The notes under the pieces were generated by a model that made no database searches, was not told the origin of the DNA, and was given only the letters and a program-made list of their open reading frames with translations. A stretch of DNA of 30,739 nucleotides. Source: a virus (lineage: Duplodnaviria > Caudoviricetes). The stretch lies in IMG/VR virus record IMGVR_UViG_3300016476_000282, positions 1 through 30,739 of that record. The stretch is one strand, 5' to 3'. Shown here in pieces: positions 1 to 8,971 of the stretch. The position numbers were made by a program, and so were the translations under genes. The number at the start of each line of letters is the position of its first letter. Position 1 is the stretch's first letter.

Positions 1-1
1 A

Positions 2-910
2 ATACCCACTGCCGCCATTCGTCGCCGCGCTGTAGGCAGCAGTCGGAGCGAACGGGCTGAAGGCTTGGACGGAGGGGGTGCCGTTGACCGTGATGGCAAA
101 GGCGTTGCTGCTGTTGTCGATGAAGCGGTTCGACTGACAGGTGAGAAATTGGGTGTTAGTGATTGCTGTCAGCGGTGTCGTGCTTGGCGTGAAATTGCTG
201 GTGTAGACAGCCGAACCAATGACTATGCGAGCATTGGAAATATGACCATTAAAATACCTTGAAGTAGGGGCATAACAACCTGTACCAACGTACAAAGATC
301 CGCTGGAAGTTACTGTATACGACGCAGTGAGTGTAGAAGTGCTAACCCCATTTATGTACATGGTGTGAGCGTTACCGTTGCGTACTATGGCAACATGGTT
401 CCATGTATTCGGGGTTACGCTTCCAGTGAGCATTGGAGAAGCCCAGCCGTTATAGGCTCCGCAACCAAACGCAAGTTGATAAGCAGTACTTGTCCATTCA
501 AGCGACCAAACTTCTGACCCAAGGCTACTTGTATTACCCTTGCTTATAGGACCACTACCTGCCGCTGAAGCTAGAGGGTAAATCCAAAGTTCAATTGTGA
601 AACTTGAACTTCCAAGGTTCAGGTTTGCATTATTGGCTACTGATAAATAGTCAGAACTACCATTGAAATAGTTCCCCCACCCCGTTTGACTAAAGGGCGT
701 GAACGTACCCTGCGTAGTGTTGCCGTTGCGGGTGATCGTGAAGTTGTTGCTCGACGAGTCTAGGAACGTGTTGTTCTGCGCTCCGTTCGTGCCGTTGCCG
801 GGGAGCAGCAAGACGTTGCTTGCGAAGTACGCATCGTTGACAGCCTGCGCGAGTTTATTGAAACCGAACGCTCCTGCGCTTGCGGCTCCAGACATTGCGA
901 GTCTAGGCAT
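2..910 (-). CDS. LamG/concanavalin A-like repeat tail fibre or receptor-binding protein (partial; runs off the left edge)
   Basis: Not in the ORF track; translated by hand from ATG at 910 (GAGG upstream) with no stop to position 2: MPRLAMSGAASAGAFGFNKL...FLDSSSNNFTITRNG...YFNGSSDYLSV...FTIELWIYP...NTWNHVAIVRNG...MYINGV...FNGHISNARIV...FIDNSSNAFAITVNG. The FTIE-W-Y and W-HVA-VR-G motifs are typical of LamG_3 domains. Confidence 0.85.
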   Translation of the reverse strand, partial: MPRLAMSGAASAGAFGFNKLAQAVNDAYFASNVLLLPGNGTNGAQNNTFLDSSSNNFTITRNGNTTQGTFTPFSQTGWGNYFNGSSDYLSVANNANLNLGSSSFTIELWIYPLASAAGSGPISKGNTSSLGSEVWSLEWTSTAYQLAFGCGAYNGWASPMLTGSVTPNTWNHVAIVRNGNAHTMYINGVSTSTLTASYTVTSSGSLYVGTGCYAPTSRYFNGHISNARIVIGSAVYTSNFTPSTTPLTAITNTQFLTCQSNRFIDNSSNAFAITVNGTPSVQAFSPFAPTAAYSAATNGGSGY

Positions 911-919
911 CTTTTAACC

Positions 920-1894
920 TCACGCGAACTTGGTTTGCGAAGCCAATACGGTGAACGTCGCGTTCGCCGTTTTGGTGATCGCATAGGTGTACACATCAAT
1001 CGACGAGGCATTGCCAGCCGACGGTGCTGTGCCGCCTTGCCACTTGGGCGTCACCGCCGAGCCATCAACCTGCACCGCGCTGTTCTTGTAGGCCGTCGCG
1101 CCGTTCGTATTCCAAAACGACACAGTGATCGTTTCGCCAATCGCCATCAGCGAGTTCAGCGAGTTCGACGCATCGCCTCGGAAGTTCAGCGTAAAGTCTG
1201 CCGATGCGTTGCTGGTGTAGTACAGCAGCGATTGAGTCAAGATGTCGTAGGCGATCGTGCCGGTGGCAGCGGTCGCGGAGATCGTGTTTGCTTCCAGCGT
1301 GTTGTCGAACTTGGCCGACAGCACACCTGAGCCATCAAACGTCTTTTTGCCGGTGATCGTCTGCGCCGTGTTGGTCGTCACATCGCCAGTACCAGCAGCA
1401 CCCGTGTCGCCTTTATTGGCCGACACCATCCAATAAGCCGTTGCTGATGCGGGATTCTGGTTGGTCGATGCCTGAATCGCGATATAGCTTGATCCGTTAT
1501 AACTGACGACATCATTGGCTACATACGCCGTCGCAGATGACCACGCACCCTGCGGTGTAAATCCAACCTCGGCAGGCGTTGCTGATTTTTCATATACGTC
1601 AAGGTCAAGCGTAATCGATGAGTTGGCCGATGCCGATGCGATGATCTTGTCACCTACGGCCAAATTGATTGGCTTGGGCCATTCATACGTCGAGTTTGCC
1701 GCAACCGATTTGCCACTAATTAGCGTGGTCGTTGCAGCAGTCGCCTGCGTATATCGTTTCAGAGTAATAGTTACTGCACCCGCAGTCGTATTACCAAACA
1801 CAAGCGCGTGAGCACTGGCCTCCTGAGTCGAAGGACAGACATAAATATCCTGATCAGAAGTCGTCAGAACAACCGCTTTACCTTTGAGTGCCAT
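920..1894 (-). CDS. Tail fibre-associated protein with a central CBM5/12 (ChiC-BD)-like carbohydrate-binding module
   Basis: 324 aa, Thr/Ala/Ser-rich; contains AWSSATAYVANDVVSYNGSSYIAIQASTNQNPASATAYW, the CBM5/12 pattern; lies between two tail fibre genes. Confidence 0.7.
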   Translation of the reverse strand: MALKGKAVVLTTSDQDIYVCPSTQEASAHALVFGNTTAGAVTITLKRYTQATAATTTLISGKSVAANSTYEWPKPINLAVGDKIIASASANSSITLDLDVYEKSATPAEVGFTPQGAWSSATAYVANDVVSYNGSSYIAIQASTNQNPASATAYWMVSANKGDTGAAGTGDVTTNTAQTITGKKTFDGSGVLSAKFDNTLEANTISATAATGTIAYDILTQSLLYYTSNASADFTLNFRGDASNSLNSLMAIGETITVSFWNTNGATAYKNSAVQVDGSAVTPKWQGGTAPSAGNASSIDVYTYAITKTANATFTVLASQTKFA

Positions 1895-1896
1895 GA

Positions 1897-3429
1897 TTAA
1901 CTCCCGAAAACTAAGGCCATTGCAACAGGATCAGGTAGATCATTTATCTGTTGCTGAATATTGCTCGTTGCGCCATCAACATAATTCAGTTCAGTGGCGG
2001 TTGCTGTGATGCCGAGATTGCTGATTGCTGCGTCAGGATCATCAAGATCAGACAAATTATTTGCAGCAGCCAAGAATCCATCGCCACCCACATACGCTGC
2101 TTGCCATGCTGCACCATCGTACACCTTCATTGCGTCCGATACGGTGTTGAAATACAAATCACCTACCTGAAGCGCAGTCGTGTCGTTTCGTGTTGCTGGA
2201 TCGCTTGCCTTGGCTCCCTGATAAATATCAGTGAACATAGTCAAGTCTGCGACATTATCAGCAACCACGCTGACATCAGCAGTCACATCAGCCACTGCGG
2301 CAATATCTGCACTGATGGGACCCAGTGCTGCCAGATCGGCAGTCTGTGCTGCAAGGGTGCTAATGTTGGCTGTTTGTCCTGCAATAGCAGATATTTGAGC
2401 GCTACTTAATGCAGCTACTTGAACAATCTGATCGTCGATTGCCGCAACCGCAGTAATTTGTTGAGTGACACCAGCAACTGCTGAAAGTTGTGCAGTGCTT
2501 AATGCAGCCACTTGAACCACTTGGGTATCAATAGCTGCAACATCAGTAATGTCTGCTGCAATCGGTGCCAATGCTGCCAGATCAGCAGTTGCACCAGCCA
2601 ATGCTGCCAGTTGTTGCGTGTTAATTGCTGCCACAGCTGACACATCCGGCGCAATATCTGCAACGGTGGAAATGTCGGCACTGATTGCTGAAAGTGCTGC
2701 AATGTCTGCGGATTGACCGGCAACTACAACAACCTGATCATCAATCAGCGATACCGTTTCGATGTCAGCCGAAATCGGTGCCAAGATTGCCATGTACGGT
2801 GCAGCATTGGCAAGCGTTGCAATCTGCTGTGTGCTTAGTGCGGCGACATCTTGAATTTCAGCAGAAATCGACGCAACATCAGATATGTCGGATGCAATGG
2901 GTGCCAGTGCTGCAATATTTGCCGACTGACCTGCAACAATGTTGACATTGGCGATATTGTCCGAAACCGTATCAATTTGAGTGACATAATCAGCAACAGT
3001 GATAATGTCAGTAGCCAACTCGCTCGCATTGACATTGCTACCAACAGACACCTTGGGTGCGCGATCTAGTTCTTCTTGGAGCTGTTGTGCGATCATCGTC
3101 AGACGATCAAGCGCACGCTCATGGGTTTCAGCAGGGAATGGGTCGCCTGTGATGTAATCAACTTCCTGCGTAATATCGACCGAACGATAAATGACGAGCT
3201 TTTGACCAGATGCGGGCGCTGTCACCATCGTAACGGTACCACCAGCGTCATTATCTGCACCAGTAACGGTGTAATCAGTATTTAAAGTCAGCGTGGTTTC
3301 AACACCAGTGCTTGATACGCGAACAACTGTCAGGTCAGCATTTTGCAGAAAACGATACGGGAAACTGAATGCGGTCGTGGCACCGTTGCCGTTGTAAGAG
3401 ATTCGCGAAGTTGTGGTGCTAATCGTCAT
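1897..3429 (-). CDS. Tail fibre protein with T7 gp17-like N-terminal attachment domain and repetitive shaft
   Basis: N-terminus YNGNGATTAFSFPYRF...DLTV...LVIYR...LDRLTMIAQQ matches the podovirus tail fibre anchor; Ala/Ile/Val/Asp-rich imperfect repeats; GDLYFNT...MKVYDG..W motif near the C-terminus. Confidence 0.8.
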   Translation of the reverse strand: MTISTTTSRISYNGNGATTAFSFPYRFLQNADLTVVRVSSTGVETTLTLNTDYTVTGADNDAGGTVTMVTAPASGQKLVIYRSVDITQEVDYITGDPFPAETHERALDRLTMIAQQLQEELDRAPKVSVGSNVNASELATDIITVADYVTQIDTVSDNIANVNIVAGQSANIAALAPIASDISDVASISAEIQDVAALSTQQIATLANAAPYMAILAPISADIETVSLIDDQVVVVAGQSADIAALSAISADISTVADIAPDVSAVAAINTQQLAALAGATADLAALAPIAADITDVAAIDTQVVQVAALSTAQLSAVAGVTQQITAVAAIDDQIVQVAALSSAQISAIAGQTANISTLAAQTADLAALGPISADIAAVADVTADVSVVADNVADLTMFTDIYQGAKASDPATRNDTTALQVGDLYFNTVSDAMKVYDGAAWQAAYVGGDGFLAAANNLSDLDDPDAAISNLGITATATELNYVDGATSNIQQQINDLPDPVAMALVFGS

Positions 3430-3431
3430 GA

Positions 3432-6215
3432 TCAGTCCTCAAGAGGGGAGGCAATAACTTCGACAGGAGGCAGGCTGCGCAGGTTTTCTTCAACCACTTG
3501 CTCGGCACCAGTCAGTCCCGATTGTACTAGCCAAGCATGGATTTGCCGAGCCTGTCGTGCTTGTTTTTCAGGGGTATCTGCCTTTTCCAGCAGCAAGGCC
3601 ATTTTCATCGGGTCGTTCATGGCCTCGATCAAAAACTTCTGTGCGCTGGTTGTTGGCAATTTGGTCATAGCCGTTTCAGCCAATCGGGCACCTGCGCCGT
3701 GAACAATTAGAGAGGGTGACTTAGACCCAGCAGCGCGGGCAGTTGCACCAGCCACACCAGAGCCAATCATTCGGCTAATGGTGGCCAAGGCCGCGTCTGT
3801 CAGGTCTGTCTTAACATCAATGGCGGTACCGGGGCGCTGGCTACTTATAATTGATTCAGCGGTATCAAATAATTTTTTGATATTCTTTACTTGGTCAGCA
3901 TCGATGACGCCAGAATCTTGCATAATTTGAATCGGTGATTTCTGACCGGCAACGGACGGACTGAACAAAAAACCGCGCATTTGCTCGATATTGAGCACAC
4001 CAGACTGGTTCGTGGATTTGCGGATCGCTGCATCAAAAACCGACGCTCTCATGCCATCGATGGCCTCTTTGCCACCCGATTTGGCTATGGTGATCAGATC
4101 GCCCAAATCCTTTTCTTGATTGGTGGACAACAAGGCTTTGTTGGCCATGGTGATCGGGTCAGTCTCAAGCAGCTTGGAAAACGCTTTCTGCTTCATGACA
4201 ACATCGACCTGACGCTTGGCCAAGTTTTCCATGCGTGCGCGACCTTCTTCGGTTTTAACGGCTGCTTGCAGGTCAGCGCGTACCTCTGGGAACCGATTCA
4301 TCAAAATCTCATTGTCTCGGATGAACTTGGCCACGCTGCCCTGATTGACCTTGCCACTTAACGGGTCGATGGCGTCAGCAGCCGCCAGACGAATAATGCG
4401 CTCCTGTGCGTCCAACATGTCCTTGACGGCCTGATCGTCCCCGAGGCCGCGAGTAACCATGAACCGGGTGGCTTCTTCAAGTTCCTGAAGCTGGATGGCG
4501 CCAGCTTCTTTGCCGCTGGCCAGAGCTTTGCGCAGAGTCAACTCCGGTGCGATCCTGTCGCCATATTTGCCCTGACCAGTGACTTTACCAGCAAAGCTGC
4601 GGCTGAACGTGTCATTCAGTTCGCGACTGAACGTGCGTGCCGAGTCATAGGCAGTATCAGCAGTCTGAGCAAATGCCGCATCCATGTCGTCAAGGACTGA
4701 TTCGGCCAGATTACTGTAAATCCGCGCCTGACCATATTCACCAGCATTGGTCGATGATCGGGACAGGTCAAGCAGTTCGCTGCGCAGCTGGCGCATTTCT
4801 TTGACCGTTGTGCCCACTGGATCGGATGCGACCGGCGCACGCAGATTCTCAGGCAGGATAATTAGCGATTGCGGGCCTTGTTTGGGCGAGGAAACTCGGT
4901 CAAGGAATTTCTGCACGATAGACGGCAGTTTTTCATTGCGCACCTCGGGCAACAATTCAGCCCGAGCTTCATTGTAAGTTCGCTGTAAGTTTTCAAAGCC
5001 GGTCTGACGATTGCCGTCCACGGCATTCCACAGTTCGGACTCGGCCTTGCGAGCATCGGCAATCGAAGTCTCGACGGCATTGCGGGCAATTTTGCTCAGT
5101 TCAGCGCGTGCGGCTGGGGTGTCCTGAGTGATCTTGGCGGCAGCCTCTGTGGCGGCTTTGGTGGCAGCATCAAGGCGACCTTGGATCAGCGTGCGGAAAT
5201 AGACAGAACGGGCTTGTGCAGCCGCGGTGAGCGCCGCAGGATCGCCGGTACCGCTTAGCAGGGTAATCTGGCCACGCAGGGCGTCCAGACCATCCATGGC
5301 CTTCTTTTTGGCCTCGGCACCGAATTGGTTGCTGAACTTGGCCAGATGGTCCTCAAGCGCCGCCAGCGCCAGTGATCCGGTCTTTTGGGCAGCGGTCAGA
5401 TTCTCAGCCCCGACGATGCCCTGATCACGCAGAATGCGAGCCAATACAGTTGGGTCCTCGCCAGTTACGGCAAGCAGGTCACTCAAAATTTTTCCGGCAG
5501 CGGTTTCACGGGCAGCCGGACTAAACGATTCAATGGCTCGCTTGCTGGTATTCCATGCAAATTCTGCACCCTGCACTGCCAGCTTGGTCGGATTAAAGAT
5601 ACCACCAAGCATTTCAGCCGTTGCGCGAATTCCGGCTTCACCTTTGGCCAACGCCTCAGATAAACCTGCCGCTGTCGCCGCTGAAAATGCTGAACTGGCC
5701 TCACTTAAACCTGTCAGAACTGGACGCGACTTAACGGTTTCAATAATCTGATTGAGATAATTTCCGACCATCGATTCACCGAATCGATAGCCCGACATCG
5801 CTGCTGCATACGGTGCTGCGGCAAAAGCGCCAGCGCCACCCAGAGACTGACCAAAATACCCAAAGGGTCGAAGGACCTCAGGAAGTTGCTCGACAGATGG
5901 AATGCGCAGACCGCCCGCAGCGGCTTCTTCGCCCGACATATAACCGGCAGCTGCACCCAACACACCGCCAACAATGGGACCAGCTGGACCTGTGATTGGC
6001 GAAGTCATTGCGCCAAGGCGCACACCCAGCATCGTGCCACCCAGCGTGCCGGTTGATTCCAAACCACCGCGCACAACTTGACCACCGACGGTTTGCAGAA
6101 TTTGGTTTAAGCCAAAATCGCCATCGGCTTGTGGAAAAGCATCGAATTCCCCCGCACCAGTCGGCGCGGCCTTTACTGTACCGGCTTCAGGAAATGCGCT
6201 GAAATCATCTGCCAT
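3432..6215 (-). CDS. Large putative internal virion / DNA ejection protein
   Basis: 927 aa, Ala-rich and helical with Gly-rich hydrophobic N-terminal segments; last of three genes between the tail tube and tail fibre genes, the position of T7 gp16 and P22 ejection proteins. Assignment is positional. Confidence 0.6.
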   Translation of the reverse strand: MADDFSAFPEAGTVKAAPTGAGEFDAFPQADGDFGLNQILQTVGGQVVRGGLESTGTLGGTMLGVRLGAMTSPITGPAGPIVGGVLGAAAGYMSGEEAAAGGLRIPSVEQLPEVLRPFGYFGQSLGGAGAFAAAPYAAAMSGYRFGESMVGNYLNQIIETVKSRPVLTGLSEASSAFSAATAAGLSEALAKGEAGIRATAEMLGGIFNPTKLAVQGAEFAWNTSKRAIESFSPAARETAAGKILSDLLAVTGEDPTVLARILRDQGIVGAENLTAAQKTGSLALAALEDHLAKFSNQFGAEAKKKAMDGLDALRGQITLLSGTGDPAALTAAAQARSVYFRTLIQGRLDAATKAATEAAAKITQDTPAARAELSKIARNAVETSIADARKAESELWNAVDGNRQTGFENLQRTYNEARAELLPEVRNEKLPSIVQKFLDRVSSPKQGPQSLIILPENLRAPVASDPVGTTVKEMRQLRSELLDLSRSSTNAGEYGQARIYSNLAESVLDDMDAAFAQTADTAYDSARTFSRELNDTFSRSFAGKVTGQGKYGDRIAPELTLRKALASGKEAGAIQLQELEEATRFMVTRGLGDDQAVKDMLDAQERIIRLAAADAIDPLSGKVNQGSVAKFIRDNEILMNRFPEVRADLQAAVKTEEGRARMENLAKRQVDVVMKQKAFSKLLETDPITMANKALLSTNQEKDLGDLITIAKSGGKEAIDGMRASVFDAAIRKSTNQSGVLNIEQMRGFLFSPSVAGQKSPIQIMQDSGVIDADQVKNIKKLFDTAESIISSQRPGTAIDVKTDLTDAALATISRMIGSGVAGATARAAGSKSPSLIVHGAGARLAETAMTKLPTTSAQKFLIEAMNDPMKMALLLEKADTPEKQARQARQIHAWLVQSGLTGAEQVVEENLRSLPPVEVIASPLED

Positions 6216-6216
6216 T

Positions 6217-8043
6217 TTAGCCTCCGGGTACTACACGAACGACACCACTTGGATCAATAAATTCTGTACCCGGTGGTAACTTTTGAGCTTCTTTGGCAGA
6301 TTTTACTCGTTGCGGCACACCCAAGGTTTGACGGAAATTGTTGATCACGTTAATAACGGATTCAGCACCCTTACGTTGTTCAAGTGGTGTATTTGGGTTT
6401 GCCAAAATCTTTGTTTCATCTTTCACTCGTTTTGCCAATGCCTCATCAATACCAATTAAACGACGAGCATAGGCTTGTGGGTTATCAAATGCCGAGCCAC
6501 TAATTGACACTTCTTTTTCAATGGCCTGCATCTCAGACGCGAGATACCGACCGCTTTGACTTAATGATCGGATAAGTTCGCGAGATTGTGCTTCAGCATA
6601 TTGACGATCTGTGGTGTATTGACCACCACCGCCCATTGCTTCACCCACCACAGGAACTCGACCTGCAACATCCATCGCTGTCGGAACCAATCCAGTGATG
6701 TTTCTACGACGCGACCAGATTGATTGGTTTTGTGATGCCTGTTGTGACGGTGCAGTTTGGGCAGCCGGTTGCGCAGGTGTAGTTGATCCACCTGAAGTAG
6801 CAGATGGTGCAGGTGCGGGTCCCATTTGCGGAATCGGCGTTGATGGTGCAGGTGCAGTGCCATAGAAACGAGCACCACGATTTATCGATTGGCTGACAAA
6901 TGCGGGGATGGCTGGCGCAATACGAGTCCATTGACCAGTAACCGGGTCTTGTTTCTCTGTTGGCTTATATGCTTCATTTGCCATGACCTGAAACTGCAAT
7001 GCTTCATCGCGAGTCATTAAACCCATCGCATACCGATCAGCGTTTTTGGTCACATAGTTTAATGAGCGTCCTTGCAGACTTTCACCAAATGCACCACCTT
7101 CGGCAGACTTGATATTGAATATTTGGTTTACAATATTTTGATCTGCCCGTTTACCAGTAACCAATTCGTACTGAACAACTTCATCAGCCGGGGTCATATC
7201 TTTTTTGGCCGGTAATGAGTCAATACGAATTTGTTCCTCAGCGGTCAAATTGCGACCAAGCAATGCCGACCACTTGGTGCGATTTTGCATTTGCGCTTGA
7301 ACTGCTTGTCCTGCTTTAGCTTCATCAACCCGAGCATCAATACTGAGCTTGCGTGCGGCATTGGGGTCCATATAGCTTGATATGGTGGGGTCAGCCAGAA
7401 TTTTTTGAGCTTCTTGCCAATTGCCGTTTTGCAACATTGAAGTCACAGCGTTTTGTGCAATCTTTGCACGACCTGCCTGCGAGTATGACTGATACATTTG
7501 CGGGCTAAGTGCATCTTTAATTTTGCCCAGTTCGGAGTCATACTCGGCAAAAATATCCTGCATTTTGTCAGGCGCAAACACAGCCTGCATGGCCAACTTA
7601 TTCGATGTTTGTTCAACCATATTGCCAAGCATCGTATGCTGCGCTTTAATTTGTGCAGCATTGGCTGATTTGACATATTGGCCAATTTGGTTTTCAAGCT
7701 GTGCTTGAAGTTCGGCGCGACTACTTGCAGTACCGGCGTGTTGATTTAACGCCTCACCAACTTTTTGACGCAGTGATTGTTCAAATCCGGTTATTGTGTC
7801 TTTTTTAAGAATGTCACCGGACGATACCACCGTGTCCAACATTGACTGGGCTTCTTGGTCAATTGCTGTATACAGACGAACGCGATCCAAAACATCTTCG
7901 CGACGTTTCATCATCGTGCCAATTTCCATCATTGCCTGACCGGCTTGACCAATGACCTCACCTTGACCAGAGCCAAATTCACCAGCAGATGCACGCGGTG
8001 CTCGTACTCCAGTTCTTTGTTCGTAAAAAGGCAGCTTAGGCAT
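6217..8043 (-). CDS. Putative internal virion / ejection protein
   Basis: 608 aa, Gln/Ala-rich and helical with a Pro/Ala/Ser linker; occupies the T7 gp15 position. Confidence 0.6.
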   Translation of the reverse strand: MPKLPFYEQRTGVRAPRASAGEFGSGQGEVIGQAGQAMMEIGTMMKRREDVLDRVRLYTAIDQEAQSMLDTVVSSGDILKKDTITGFEQSLRQKVGEALNQHAGTASSRAELQAQLENQIGQYVKSANAAQIKAQHTMLGNMVEQTSNKLAMQAVFAPDKMQDIFAEYDSELGKIKDALSPQMYQSYSQAGRAKIAQNAVTSMLQNGNWQEAQKILADPTISSYMDPNAARKLSIDARVDEAKAGQAVQAQMQNRTKWSALLGRNLTAEEQIRIDSLPAKKDMTPADEVVQYELVTGKRADQNIVNQIFNIKSAEGGAFGESLQGRSLNYVTKNADRYAMGLMTRDEALQFQVMANEAYKPTEKQDPVTGQWTRIAPAIPAFVSQSINRGARFYGTAPAPSTPIPQMGPAPAPSATSGGSTTPAQPAAQTAPSQQASQNQSIWSRRRNITGLVPTAMDVAGRVPVVGEAMGGGGQYTTDRQYAEAQSRELIRSLSQSGRYLASEMQAIEKEVSISGSAFDNPQAYARRLIGIDEALAKRVKDETKILANPNTPLEQRKGAESVINVINNFRQTLGVPQRVKSAKEAQKLPPGTEFIDPSGVVRVVPGG

Positions 8044-8054
8044 TTTGACCTCGA

Positions 8055-8543
8055 TTAACGTAATGCGCTCAAAGAACCAAGACCAGTCAACAATGAAGTT
8101 CCGGCGCGGTAATAACTTGTCTCGCGTGCTTCTCTTGCACGCATTTTATAAAGTGCGGTTTCGCGATCAGCAGACCAAGCAGTATTTAACGCATCAATCT
8201 CAGCATTAGCAGCCGATTCGGCCAGTACCATTAACGGGGTGCCTTCAAATGCTGCACCTGATTTTGCAATGTTGGCACGAATAGTACCAAGCGTGCGTTT
8301 TGCTTCCTGACGCTGAACTGCCTCTTGAACTACTGCTTCCTGTTTTGCAGTTTCAGCGTTAAAGTTGGCCGCTTGAGATTGCGATTGGCCTTGCTTCATT
8401 GCACCGCTGACCAGTGCAGCAGTGCCAAGGGTTGTCAATGTGGGCGCAAGCGCAAATGATCCGGCTGTTCCGATCAAGCCGGTCGTGGCGGCAGTAGTAG
8501 CCGTCGCAGCGCTGCCGAACAAGTAAGGAACAACGAATGACAT
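8055..8543 (-). CDS. Small putative internal virion protein (T7 gp14-like position)
   Basis: 162 aa; hydrophobic Ala/Thr/Gly N-terminus followed by QSQAANFNAETAKQEA...G.IRA..AKSG...GTPL, a pattern typical of this virion protein class. Confidence 0.65.
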   Translation of the reverse strand: MSFVVPYLFGSAATATTAATTGLIGTAGSFALAPTLTTLGTAALVSGAMKQGQSQSQAANFNAETAKQEAVVQEAVQRQEAKRTLGTIRANIAKSGAAFEGTPLMVLAESAANAEIDALNTAWSADRETALYKMRAREARETSYYRAGTSLLTGLGSLSALR

Positions 8544-8971
8544 TATTTGATCCTCGCGTATAAGAGCATATCTGCACCATCAGGTCGGTATGCTCTCATG
8601 TAACCTTCTATTTCAAACCCAAGCATTCCCATCCATCGAATGCCTTCTTTAAACCCAACATCAATTGATGACTCTAATCTTCTAAACGGCACACGATCAA
8701 TAAATCGCAATGTTTCTCTATGCACCGCTGTAAAATGCTGACCAGCGTCTTTATCTACAAAAGCCCACAACAGTGCTCTATTTTCCCATTGTGGAAACAC
8801 GCCACCAACCAATAAAATCTTTCCATCTTGTTCAAGCGTTACCGCAAGACCTTCTTCTGCAAGTGGAGTTAAATCTTGATTCATCATGTCCGTAAAGCCC
8901 AGCATATATTCTTGCGAGCTTTGCGGGTTAATTCTTTGCGTGTCTCCTAATTCCCAAGGTCTAGCGATCAT
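8543..8971 (-). CDS. GNAT-fold (acetyltransferase-like) virion assembly protein, T7 gp13-like position
   Basis: Likely start ATG at 8971 (MIARPWEL), overlapping the tubular B stop; C-terminal RWMGMLGFEIEGYMRAYRPDGADMLLYAR is a GNAT signature. Confidence 0.7.
   Translation of the reverse strand: MIARPWELGDTQRINPQSSQEYMLGFTDMMNQDLTPLAEEGLAVTLEQDGKILLVGGVFPQWENRALLWAFVDKDAGQHFTAVHRETLRFIDRVPFRRLESSIDVGFKEGIRWMGMLGFEIEGYMRAYRPDGADMLLYARIK

Noticed and set aside
2-3429. Diversity-generating retroelement acting on the tail fibres, given BPP-1-like head genes
   Set aside because: No reverse transcriptase and no TR/VR pair differing at adenines seen in the window; cannot be excluded outside it.
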